Below, piece by piece: positions 34,621 to 47,086 of a DNA stretch of 64,000 nucleotides (positions are counted from its first letter, which is position 1; every line of letters starts with the position of its first letter). This stretch comes from Octopus sinensis (taxonomy: Eukaryota). The position numbers and the translations under genes are program-made. Below the pieces are notes generated by a model. It had not been told where the DNA came from. It saw nothing but the letters and a program-made list of their open reading frames with translations, and did no database searches. Where the stretch lies: positions 9,238,001 through 9,302,000 of the forward strand of contig NC_043015.1 in assembly GCF_006345805.1 (NCBI RefSeq). Direction: 5' to 3'.

Positions 34621-37130
34621 CTAATAGAAACACTACCGCCACCACCAGCATCACCGCTACTTCTACATGTATTTGCGGACTCTACTATAACTATCATTCC
34701 GGTAAATTATTTTTGCTTCATTTTCGGTAATATCTCACAATATTTGTCTTCGTCCTGACTTTGCAAATATATATTCTCAATTTATTTTTCTATTTAATTT
34801 GACTTCGTATTTCTTCTTCTTTCGTTTTCTTTCTGCATTGTTATTGTTATATGAATTTTCATGATTTATACTTTTTAATATGTATTGTTATGAAAATGTA
34901 ACAAATCTCGTAGTGTTAGAAAGTATTGATATTTTCTTCTAAAATGTGAAAAAGCAATATAAACAGAAATATATTTGAGAGCGACAGTGATTTTAATTAA
35001 AAGTGTTTGATTTTATTTCTTTGGAATTGTCGCCTTTATGAATAAGCAGTTTATCAAGAACATCTATCAGACTGTAATGAAATGGATGTCTAGAATTATT
35101 TCTAATTATATGAAACTTATCTATTGATGATATTCTAACGTAGGGAACTAAGGTAACATACCTAATTTGGAATCATTAAGCAAGTGTTTACATCCTATAT
35201 ATTAACCCATTATTCAGCAAGCTAATGACCGTGCAAATTTTGTCGTTTACCGTCCAAGACATGGCCAACAAATGTCTTTCGAATGAAAACAATCAAATGC
35301 AAATGTAAATTATTATTTCGTTTGATCATGAATATACAATAAGATGGTATCATAAATTATTATTGGAAATAGGGTTGACCAATAGCTAATTAAGAATTCG
35401 TAATTTTTATTTGACAGAAAATAATTAGATAAGTCTTTAAAATCAATGGCACCATATTTGTATGAAAATTAATTTGTATGAAAATAAATGTATGAAAATG
35501 GCGTGCCATTATTCTGTGTGAATATATTTCTATTAAATTAATTAAAGCGGCATTAAACGGAAAAGTACATAATCCCAAACCTAAAAACTTATAAGGATAT
35601 CAATAATATTTGTGCGTATGTAAGTAAATATAGAAATAGCATTCAGTATATATTGAGTCAATTAATATATGTAGAAATATATACATATGTATGCTATCAT
35701 TTCGTCACCTAAAATGTGAAAAAGTGGTACACCTGTAAAGATGATGCCGATTTCATGGACGGCGCGATCTTATGTCTGTACACATATTTGATCTCTATGA
35801 ATAATTAATCTAGTATATATGGTTTTCTTCTACTACAGACATTTGTCAAATTTTGATAATATGAATGTATACCTATTATTATTGATTAGAAAAAAAAGCG
35901 TTTACATGAAAGACCAATAAAACAAAAATAATTTCAAGTGTTTATCTATCAATATTGTATATTTTCTGAATACAAACTTAATTTTGTTCCATTCGCAATC
36001 TAATCTGTCCAACGAACGGAACGGGAAAGTCCGTATAGCAGGTCTTTTGTGATATTTTTGTGCTGATATTGCAGTATTAATAATACTTCCGGTATTCGAG
36101 TATTATTTTCCCATCTTGTTTCACATTTATAGGCTTGCTTTGGCATATACATACATACATACACACACATACAAATACACACACACACACACACACATAC
36201 ATATGTGCAGAATGTTAGGAACATGTATAGACAGATGCAGAGTTTTGTGCGTGCCGTATGATTTTGCGTCATCTTTTCATGGTTCTAAGTCATCGACATC
36301 ACCCAAATGTAAGGAAACAATATAATTTTGCCGGTTTTCAATGAACTTCAAATGGAACGCTCAGATAAATTTTGGAGACATGCGTTCTTATTGAATAAGA
36401 TAAATATGGCAAATAATTCCACTGTTCGATTATCTGATCCAGTTTACAACAAACTGGTAGACCGTCATATACTTTTATCAAGTATTTTAAATGTGAAATT
36501 AAAATCATGTGTTGCAGTTACTGATATTCCTTTCAATATATTTAGTGGTACCGTATTTAACTTTTATTGCGTGAGATATTTCCGACAGGTGTTTTCGTTC
36601 CGAAGACATATATTCTTATATGCCCATATATCTGCTATATATTTTCGGAAAATTTTTTTAAGACGTGAAACTCAAACTTAAAATTGCTTTTATCTAGTAT
36701 TTATGAAATATGTTTCATGATTCAGAGCCATGTGAGTTACAATTCCAATTTAACTCTTCAGAAACACATTAAAACTTTTACTGGAGACGTTTGGATGTGA
36801 TTAAACACACCAGCGTGTTAGTATAGATTTAAAGATAAATAACATTTCGCAGAATAGCCAATTTTTTAGATCTCAAATTATACTGTTTGAAATATCTGAA
36901 AAAATAAAGAAAACATAAAAGCAGGGAAAATCCAAGAAATAACGTAAAAGCAGGAAACACTGTATGGAATCATTAATTACCATTTTCTGAAAGCATAAAA
37001 TATATTTTGCAAATTTATAGTTTGCACTTATTTTTCATTTCATGTGAAGTGATACAATTGATGCAAGGAATGCTGTACTGTTTACTCATCAACGTACAGT
37101 ACATGAATTTGAAAAGAAACGAAACTCTTT

Positions 37131-37339
37131 TACTCTTTTATTTGTTTCAGTCATTTCACTGTGGTCATGCTGTAGCACCGTCTTTAGTCGAGCAAATCAA
37201 CCCCAGAACATATCTTTTGTAAGCCTAGTGCTTATTCTTTCGGTCTCTTTTTGATTAACCACTAAGTTAAGGTGACGTAAACACACTAGCATCGGTTGTC
37301 AAGCGATGCTGGGGGGCAAACACAGACACACAAACGTAT

Positions 37340-37387
<48 letters not shown>

Positions 37388-37544
37388 GTATATACGACGG
37401 GCTTCTTTCAATTTCTGTCTACCAAATCAACTCACACGGCTTTGGTTGGCCCGAGGCTATATTAGAAGCCATTTGTCCGAGGTGCCACGCTGTGGGACTG
37501 AACCCGGAATCATGTGGTTTGGAAGAAAGCTACTTACCACTCCC
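37131..37544 (-). mobile_element. Near full-length SINE family A with internal (TA)n
   Basis: Head GTGGTAAGTAGC...CCGGGTTCAGTCCCAC, body and 3' end are all present on the minus strand. Confidence 0.88.
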
Positions 37545-39372
37545 TTGCCTTAATTTATTATCGATGTAAATTCAAGTCAATTATTCCGGATAATGTGTCG
37601 ATTTTCAATATTTGTAAACATTTTGCTATTCGTTAGGCGCATGCCTCCTCTTTCAAAGCATATTCATTTTAAAGGACACTTCGATTGTGATTTCAATGTT
37701 TTGTTTTTCAGGCAAAATAGCTTCTTTCAACTTAATCATTGAAAACATACATTTTCTAATTAAAGTGTAATAGTTTGATACTATTAATTATCGGAGCACA
37801 AATGAATGTGAATTTAGGTGTTGTGAAAAAGCTAATATTTTCAAAATAAGCATACGATATACCGCTGCGTCGGTTCATTGATATTGTTATCAGGTTCATT
37901 GATGTTGTTATTTTATGCTTGTATGTAATTATTTTCAATTTTGCGAGATTCTATCGATATTTCAAGTCGACAGTAAATAATTTGCTAAAAGGATTATAGT
38001 AATAACTCAATCACGTTTATTTTTACCTAATATATTAATGTTTACATTCATAGTATACGGTCAATTGAAGCATGTTTCAACCACAACCACTCTTTTCAAC
38101 ATACGACACACATGTAAGTGTATGATTCGGCATTTGCGCAGTGATGTATCACATTATGTGATATCATGTCTAACATCTTCTAATACTAAAGCCAACCAAT
38201 AATGTTTATGCCGCCAGGCATTTTGGAAATTTAATTGAAAAGAGAAAAAGTCAATATTCTATTGCGATAGAAAATCTATTTTGCATATTTCGCTTCGTTT
38301 TCCGTTTAGTTTGACAGTAACAATCTCATGTGCGATGTTAATGATATGTAATAATCGGGTAATCACGTAATGGAATGTAATATATATCTCGTAAGAAAGA
38401 ACATTACGTGATTGTTTACCCTTCAATCCTTAATTGTTTATAAGTCGTACCTTACTTTCCTATTTTACTTACTTATATTTCCTTGGAAATGCGCTTGGTT
38501 ATAGAATAAATCATAAGGCATTGTTTCCTCACATATTTATTACGTAAGAAATGCAAAAAGAAAACCATAAGCAAACTGTTGTATGTTTTTATGCAAAGAC
38601 AAAGGTTTCACCGTTTTCGTTTTTATGTAACATCTGCTTGAAATTTTTTGTTGCACTGCTTCACTTTATGACATTATGTTAGCTATTACTACACAAGATA
38701 ATTGTTATTTAAACTACGTATCAACCTATTTCATTCTTGATAATACGTTCTAACTTTTGACGAAGTGGTTGCATTCTGAGTAATATAATAAAAGCATGTC
38801 TGATATTTCACTTGTATATAGAATACAAAGTCAAAATTATTGCTGTAAATTATTCACTGCAGACAAAATGAGAAAAAAAGGAAACTTTTCAAACTATTGA
38901 TAAATGAAGTTTCACAATATTGATAAATAGTTTACGTCAATAATATATTCAAAGACTGCGTGAGTTTTATGCCAATCATGAAACTTTTCACTATTTTTCC
39001 CAGTCGTAGAATTTACTTAATGTTTTATAAGATTTCATTTCAAAATTGGATTTCTTTTGTGTGAAATACAACAATACTCTCATAAGAGTAGAATTCAAAT
39101 TTATGATATTATTCTTCGAGCATTTAGATATAGTACTTTGTGTACCCACTACTTCTTGACCTAGAAAAGAGATTTCAATACGAAACGGATTAACAAATTT
39201 CCATTAGAATACATAAGGAACTATAGTATTGTATATATGTATGTCTGTTATTTCTGTGTGTGCGCACACACACACATACATATGTATATGTATATATATT
39301 TATATATATATATACATATATATGTGTATATTTATATACATATATTCATATATACATATATATATATATATA

Positions 39373-39708
39373 GGGTAAAGACCCCCTTCGGTCATGAATG
39401 ACCATGGGATTGCACCTAGAAAATTACCCTCCTAGACACAAGTCTGAGCAAGGTTGTTTTTATGTAAGGCCAGCAGTCGCCCATGCATACCAGCCTCCCC
39501 TCTCCACGCCACCAGTGTTATCCAAGGGAAAGACAATGGTCGATACAGCTTGGCACCAGTGACGTCGCAACTCATTTCTACAGCTGAGTGAACTGGAGCA
39601 ACGTGAAATAAAGTGCCTTGCTCGAGAACACAACACGCAGCCCGGTCCGGGATTCGAGCTCACAACCTCACGATCGTAAGCTCGACGCTCTAACCACTGA
39701 GCCATGCA

Positions 39709-39711
<3 letters not shown>
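39373..39711 (-). mobile_element. Full-length tRNA-derived SINE, family C
   Basis: The minus strand reads AGGTGCATGGCTCAGTGGTTAGAGCGTC (A box)...GAGCTCGAATCCC (B box), then a V-like TGTGTTCTCGAGCAAGGCACTT block and the tail ATGACCGAAGGGGGTCTTTACCC. Confidence 0.9.
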
Positions 39712-39757
<46 letters not shown>

Positions 39758-39792
39758 GCCATGCACCTATATATATATATATATATATATAA

Positions 39793-39965
39793 TAGTTATC
39801 GCCATACTAATATGGCATTCTTATGAAAATAAGAAAAAAGCTGTCCGCTTATTAGCTCCATGAGGCCATCGCCTTAAGTTAGCTATTTGATACACAAACT
39901 GTATCCATATTTTCCGGGAACGCTGCCGCTGTTCTCTTTTACAGAGACTTAGTTATTTTAATATT

Positions 39966-39970
<5 letters not shown>
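39793..39970. repeat. Dispersed ~180-bp hairpin-rich repeat (second copy)
   Basis: Homologous to 27315-27494. It contains small hairpins GCCATA-CTAA-TATGGC and AGGC-CATC-GCCT. Confidence 0.7.
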
Positions 39971-40017
<47 letters not shown>

Positions 40018-40029
40018 ATATATATATAT

Positions 40030-40096
<67 letters not shown>

Positions 40097-40280
40097 CTGA
40101 TAAATGGACGGAAACGAGCAGACAGATAGATAAATATATACGTACATACATACATTGATTTCTTCATCGATAGGTAGACGTATGGGTGGATACGTGTGAT
40201 ATTTAGAAACATTTACAGATGTATGCATATATTTGACTGTGTGTGTGCTTACGAAAGCGTAAATGGATTCGTCCTTCCAG

Positions 40281-40600
40281 GTGGTTAGAGCGTCGAGCTT
40301 ACGATCGTGAGGTTGTGAGCTCGAATCCCGGATTGGGCTGCGTGTTTTGTTCTTGAGCAAGACACTTTATTTCACGTTGCTCCACTTCACTCAGCTGTAG
40401 AAATGAGTTGCGACGTCACTGGTGCCAAGCTGTATCGACCTTTGTCTTTCCCTTGGATAACACTGGGGGCGTGGAGAGGGGAGGCTGGTATGCATGGGCG
40501 ACTGCTGGTCTTCCATAAACAACCTTGCCCGGACTTGTGTCTAGGAGGGTAACTTTCTAGGTACAATCCCAAGGTCATTCATGACCGAAGGGGGTCTTTA
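40281..40600 (+). mobile_element. SINE family C, inverted relative to 39373-39711
   Basis: GTGGTTAGAGCGTCGAGCTTACGATCGTGAGG...ATGACCGAAGGGGGTCTTTA; highly similar to the minus-strand copy. Confidence 0.9.
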
Positions 40601-40720
40601 TATATATAGACATATATATATGTATGTATATATAAGCATATGAGTGTATATATATATATATACATACATACATATATATACATATATTATATATACATAC
40701 ATATATCTACATATATATCT

Positions 40721-40753
<33 letters not shown>

Positions 40754-40754
40754 T

Positions 40755-40787
<33 letters not shown>

Positions 40788-40789
40788 TA

Positions 40790-40822
<33 letters not shown>

Positions 40823-41550
40823 ATATAAAACGATATTCTTATACTAGTCAGATTATATACGTGAACCTAAGTACATATATATTCACACATTCTCCATTAT
40901 CTCCACGAATATTGTGATTTTCAATAGATATGAGAAAATAATGTCTACACGCAAACACACAATCAAGAAGTTTCAGAAGGTGAATATAATCTGTTTGATC
41001 GAAAAGATGTTGCACTGTCACAACGAATAACACGATCACAGTTTATCAGATACATTCTTCTGAGGCCTATATCAATGGTACCGACTAGAAAATTGTCATC
41101 TGCGTAACCGATGACTTATAAGTATAGAGCACTAGTCTTGGCCAGTCTACTAGCTGAGAGAATTCTGTAAGTTCGAACTTCTTGACCTAATGCAGATTTT
41201 CCATATCACACGCAGAAAAAAGTTGTTGGTATATGTCTGACCATTCGAAACGTCTGACCCTTCGTTGTGCTTTTTGCATTACTTTCCAAGAAGCTAGTAT
41301 CTAACATGCCCAACTTTGTATCCCACATGGCTTTCCAGTCTCTGACTAGCAACAAAGTGTAAGAATTTGCAATAAAATAGACAGCTAAAAGAATCTCTCA
41401 GCACCAGCGATCTGTGAAATTTTACACACTTATTCGAAAATTCTGTTTTCCTACTGCTCTTTCTCATCGTAAAATTATTATATTTTATATATTATTTATA
41501 TCTTAAAAATATTGTTTAAATATTTCTGATTATATTTTAGATATCTCAAT

Positions 41551-41613
41551 CACCTGAAGAATGACTGTAACTCGATTTTTTACGAATTGGACAGCCATGA
41601 AACGATCGTAGTG
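41551..41613 (+). ncRNA. Near-canonical minimal type I hammerhead ribozyme
   Basis: Stem I CAC/GTG; core CTGAAGA 41554-41560; stem II ATGACTGT/ACAGCCAT (7 of 8 pairs); GAAA 41599-41602; palindromic stem III ACGATCGT; predicted GUA cleavage after 41610. Confidence 0.75.
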
Positions 41614-41744
41614 TTATACTAATTATCTTTTTTAATAATTTTGATATATATTTAAAATAATATAAATTAATTAATCTTTTGCATTGGCTTAAGTCTTTCA
41701 TTGTATGATTTGCCTAATAGTGGTTTTATCTCTAATTTAATATA

Positions 41745-41802
<58 letters not shown>

Positions 41803-43394
41803 TATATAAATGCATATATATTCGTGTACTTCAGATGGAATTAAGGTTATATGAATTAAGTGACAAAGAAGATATAAATTTACAACGTTGGTAGAAATGA
41901 GAGAGACAAACAGACAGACAGAGAGAGCTGACTCAAAATCAATAGAGAGCGAAAACTGATTATTAACTGATGTGATACGTTACTTATTAATAACTATTAT
42001 ATATAAGTATGACTTACTAATATTTACACTTTGTAATATACAGACGGCATGTTTGTTTTTTCTTTGGGGCCAAATACTTGGAGACGAAATTAACGCAACT
42101 GGATTGTTTTAATTTCAATATATTAGGGATCTACATATAAATCATAACTATGTAGAAGGTTAAATAAGGTTTACTTTTTGTAGTTAAGTTTCAATTACAT
42201 ATTTTTGCATTTTCAATTAAAATTCTTGGTTTTACAATACTAATCGTAGAAACCAACGATTCTCTTAGAAAATTAAGTATTTAATTTCCTAATTGAACTT
42301 ACTTCGGTACTTTGATTTTACTGTGAATGTTATTTTCAATGTTTTGTGAATAACCCGTTTACTCTTGCTTCTCAATTTAGCCGAAAGCATAATATTGCAA
42401 ACGCTTCAAGTAGAATTCAGTTTGAGAACACCGCATTTCTTTCTCGCAGAAAATGCATTTGTAAGTTTAAATTCTATTATGAAAGAAAATTATAATACAT
42501 GCATTACTTTAATGTTCGTAATTCTTCACAACGTCTAATGCACACAACCTGACATCCATATAGATGCAAGACGTATATATCCTTATATCGTTCGTGTTTC
42601 TGCATTATCTTTTCCCAATAAAATATTGCATCCCTCCAAGTCATTCCATTTACCAGGTGAGATATTTTCTTCTTGAACATTAGAAACCATACAAAGCGTA
42701 AGCTGATAATGCAACACTGCGTGGCCAGTAGCCCTGCAAGTAATACCACAGAACCTTGCTTCAAATAACAGCTCAGTATCTTAAATGGCGAAAAAAGCAA
42801 TAGTATATTGTAAACAGAAATATTCGATAAATATACGATGTAAAAGATAATGGGCTCTTTCTAACGGTTTTGCATCAATGTGCTACATTTAGTCCAAAAT
42901 GAGGCATACATTAAAATATTTAGTTTTCAGTCAATGTTACATGGACAGGCAATACAAAACTGAAAATATAATCATTAGAATTGAGTAAATAGATGTTTTT
43001 TTTATTGAAATAAATCAACATTGTAAATTACTCCTGATGGAGATTTCCAGTTATAAACGAAATGAGCGAACAGCTACAGATTTGATAATATTCCTCATGT
43101 AATAATATACTTCATATAATTCATCCAAGTAAATGGAGGGTATACATGGATGTAAGAGTAATTCTTTTTTTTAAAGTCTTTAGTAATCTGCATTTTGGCA
43201 AAATAAATAATCAAAAAAGAAAATAGTGTACAACATATTTTTCTTCATAGAGATATAGGATTAATAATCTTAATTAAAGTGAGATTTATACTGATTTACG
43301 AGAGCATTGAATAAGTAATCCAAGTATTTGATGTTTAGGTACCTAGAAGAGAGCACAGATAAGATAGACAAAACTAAGATTACTAATATTGGTT

Positions 43395-43534
43395 TCAGAG
43401 AGGAGATAAGTATATTACATCGACCGCAGATTTCAGCTGGTAATTATCTAAGCGATCCAGAAAGATTGTAGGGCAAAGTCGACCTTGGCGGAATTTGAAC
43501 ACAGGACGTGAAAAACGAACGAAATGCCGCTAAG
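43395..43534 (-). mobile_element. Degenerate SINE family B
   Basis: GGCAAAGTCGACCTTGGCGGAATTTGAAC...GAAATGCCGCTAAG matches the other family B copies. Confidence 0.65.
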
Positions 43535-44859
43535 TATAAATGAAGGGTCACAGTTTAAGAGAATCCTGATAAATTTCGATAAAATTCATTGCACTGCTCA
43601 ATTAAGATAATTTAAGATCTATGTTAGAATCTGTCAGTAATAAATTTTAGCATTCAACTGAAATTGTCTGTTATTGTTCCTAGTGTTAACAAGAATGTTA
43701 TTGTCGTTCTAAATTATTTTGTCTCACTATTATAGATCTTAAATAAATACAAGGTAATAACATTTGGATATTTTGATTTTATGTTATTCTGTGCTAAATA
43801 TATAACGAAATTTAGAAACAAGATAAAATCACTTATGAGCGGATTTCTAAAAGTTCATATTATTCTCATTTCAATGCGCTAAGTTCCGAAAATAGGATTA
43901 GTGTTTTAAGCAGGTAAACTTTCATATCAAAGATCGGCAGAATCTAAGCAGTTTATTCTTTATTCTGTTTCCCAGAGGAACTAATTTAAGTACACAAAAA
44001 CGTATTTCAAACATTTAATTCAATAAAGCAATTGTTTGTCTAAATAACTGTGTGTACAATATGACAGTCTTTTATAAAGAGATAATTATATCAGCATATT
44101 GTCGTCATTTTATTAAACATTATATTCAATCATTAAAATCTAGATTTGCTAATCAGGAACATGACTTAAAAGTTCATACACTGCAGGGCAAAGTATAAGA
44201 TGAAATAAACACTACACCGAAACGTTAGGTGCATCATAAGAAGGAAAACATGTTAAAAGTACGTTTATGGCGATAAAGTAATTTACCAATTGACTGTCAA
44301 ATTGCTAACAGATTCTGTACCCCATACTCCTCTCACTCATTTATATACATGTGTGTGTGTGCGTGTGTGCGTGTGTGTTTTTGATAGCATGGTCTGAATG
44401 CTAACACAACTAAACATGTCAAGTAAAAATGTCGCTTAGACAGACAAGAATAGTGCTTAAAGCTCAGAGCTGTTTCCCAAAATATTGGCAAATGTTACCA
44501 TTAAGCGAACACATAGAGCGATGTGCGGGAATCTAGACTGAAACGTCACTCTCTATTTATTAATGCAATGAAACAACTTCTATGCAACTACGTTTAAGTA
44601 ATGAATAGAAATTTATTATCAAATGCAATTCATGAATTCATGCCTGCACATGAACATAACAGCACTTTCGCTTTTGTAAATGCTGTAATTCATGAACACA
44701 TAAGCTTTGTAAACATTATATTCAATGCATTTGTAACTTCTTAACATAAATATAATTCATGTCCTAAAAACAGTAAATACCTCCACTGCTCATAACACTC
44801 GATAATTAACTCCCCGTAGATTTACTTAACTAATGCTTTATTTATAAAGCTCCCCTGCT

Positions 44860-46122
44860 TTGAGATCATCCCATAATTTCTGTCCGAACTTTCAATAAAG
44901 AAAACAAGTGCTCAAATGTTATTTCTAATTGAAATTTAATCATTAGCGTACATTCCTAGATTATCTATGACTTCTTTCAATCTATTTACAAGCTTTTTAA
45001 TCCAATCAATGTAAAACTCTTTTGATTTCAAAGCGAAGAACTGTCAAATTCGACCTATTCCTGGCTTGCGAAAGTTATGTCCCCCAAATGATTCTGTAAT
45101 CTACGAAGCAAATGGTAGTCTGAAGGAGCAAGGTCGGGAGAATAAGGTGGATGAGGAATGTCTTCCCAAAGAAGCTCTACGATCTTCTGTGATGTGATCT
45201 TTGCAGTGTGGGGTCGCGCATTATAATGATGAACTCTCACTCCTTTTCGATTCACTAAATTGGGTCTTTTTTCTTCAAAGCTTGGTTCACACATTCCCGT
45301 TGCTCACAGTAGACTTGAGCATTGATTGTTGCATTAGATAGTAACAATTCGTGGTGAATTACTCCTTTGCAATCCCACCAGATAGAGAGAAGAACCTTTT
45401 TCCCCATGAAGTTCCCTTCTCGATTGTGGTTGAGTTTTTTCCCTTTTACCAAGCCATTGTTAACGACATTTAACATTTCCACAGCAGATCCTTTTTGCTC
45501 ACCAGTCACAAGTCTATTCAAAAAGTGTAAAATGAGTTCGCGAGAATGGAGAAAAGAGCAGATTTTTTCAACTCAGGATTTGCGGATGCTTTCGAACAAT
45601 TCATGAGGCACACATTTATCAACTTTAAGAACCTAAAAAATTTGTTGAAGATGGCGATGAACAGTTGTTTGGTTTGAACTAAGCTTTATACCCAACATTT
45701 CAACTAATAATGCAGGATTTTCTTCAAATAATGCCTCAACTGGACGTCATATTCGATCTTCATCTTCATGGCTGAAATATCCACTACTAAATGTTGGCAA
45801 ACCATCTTCTGTAAGTTCTTTTATTCAAGCATTCTTACCCATAAACTAAGCGTATGTTTCGAGTCGCTTCGGCAGCGGAGTTTACTTTTTCTGTACTCAT
45901 AAAGCATTATGTGCCTTAAATGCTCTTTGGTTACTTCTATGCTAGAAGGTGATTTAATCAAAGAAATTTTAATTCTATTATTCTGTAAAATAATATTTAA
46001 TTAGTTTAAATGAACGCAAATGCATAAAAATAATTTTTAATTCCATTAGGCATTTTAAAATACTACTAAATTACATTCAATTTCAAAAAAAGTTAAAATC
46101 GAACTGAACTTCGATGACCTGA
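44860..46122 (-). mobile_element. Full-length but dead mariner (DD34D) transposon; transposase pseudogene ~44936-45940
   Basis: Minus-strand frames give EHLRHIMLYEYRK, RLVTGE, KKVLLSIWWDCKGVIHHELL, HHYNARPHT and HPPYSPDLAPSDYHL. Degenerate TIRs lie near 44861 and 46122; the length is about 1.26 kb. Confidence 0.9.
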
Positions 46123-46417
46123 TGCTGACATAAACTAAAACCTTCGTATGATAGAATGTAAATGTAACACCTCCCAAAAATTCAAAGTCATGGTAAGCAG
46201 AAGCGAAACTGGTTGACGTTGTAAATATTTTATCTCATAAAAATATTATCCAGAAGTGGCTAAAATTTGTCCTGTTTTGAATTATGCCATATGTTACACA
46301 TATAGTCTTTAAATCTTCTTGTTATATCTTATCTTACAATTCTCCAACATGAGAAAAATAAAGCTATTCATTTCATATACATACATACATACACACATAC
46401 ATATATATGTATGTATG

Positions 46418-46488
<71 letters not shown>

Positions 46489-46689
46489 AGAGAGGGAGGG
46501 AGAGAGAGAGAGATAAATATAAACCATAGCTTCTCACGTCGTTAGACGACGTATTCTGGTTCGGTAATTTTTTTTGCTGAACAAACACACACATAATTTT
46601 CTCGTAGTGATCAATTATATGTGTATACAGAAGCTCAGTACCTCCATTAAATCGACAATACCTGTATAGGTGCACCGTGTGCCACCTGT

Positions 46690-46812
46690 CAGCTGACGAA
46701 ATGATTGGAGAGCAAAGTGAAATGAAGTGCTTTGCACAACGCAGCGTCAAGCCTACGAATCGATGTCACGGTCACGCAATCGTGAGTTCAACACCCTAAC
46801 CTCTAAGCCATG
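46690..46812 (-). mobile_element. Degenerate 5' part of a family C-like SINE
   Basis: GAGCAAAGTGAAATGAAGTGCTTTGC...CAATCGTGAGTTCAACACCCTAACCTCTAAGCCATG. Confidence 0.55.
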
Positions 46813-46884
46813 AGATACATGCATATACGTTCATGTATCAACAAATGCGTATATCTCCGCATACTAATATTCATTCAGTCATAC

Positions 46885-47042
46885 GTGTATGGTAGGAAAC
46901 TTTCTCCACAATCACATGATTCGCTTTTAGTCAGACTGCGTAGCGACTTAGGCATGTGTCTTCTACTATACACATTTAGGCAAGTGTCTTTTACTATACC
47001 TCTTCTGAGTGCATTTGGTAGAGTAAAGCAGAAAGAAACCCG

Positions 47043-47045
<3 letters not shown>
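46885..47045 (+). mobile_element. Degenerate 5' half of SINE family A
   Basis: GGCAAGTGTCTTTTACTATA (internally duplicated)...GAGTGCATTTGGTAGAG...GAAAGAAACCCGTC. Confidence 0.55.

Positions 47046-47086
<41 letters not shown>

Noticed and set aside
36313-36681. 123-codon open frame
   Set aside because: The length is near chance expectation for this window, and there are no motifs or convincing splice sites.
41040-41370. Possible LINE RT remnant on the minus strand (GYADD)
   Set aside because: It is a single short motif with poor surrounding similarity, and cannot be supported without a profile search.
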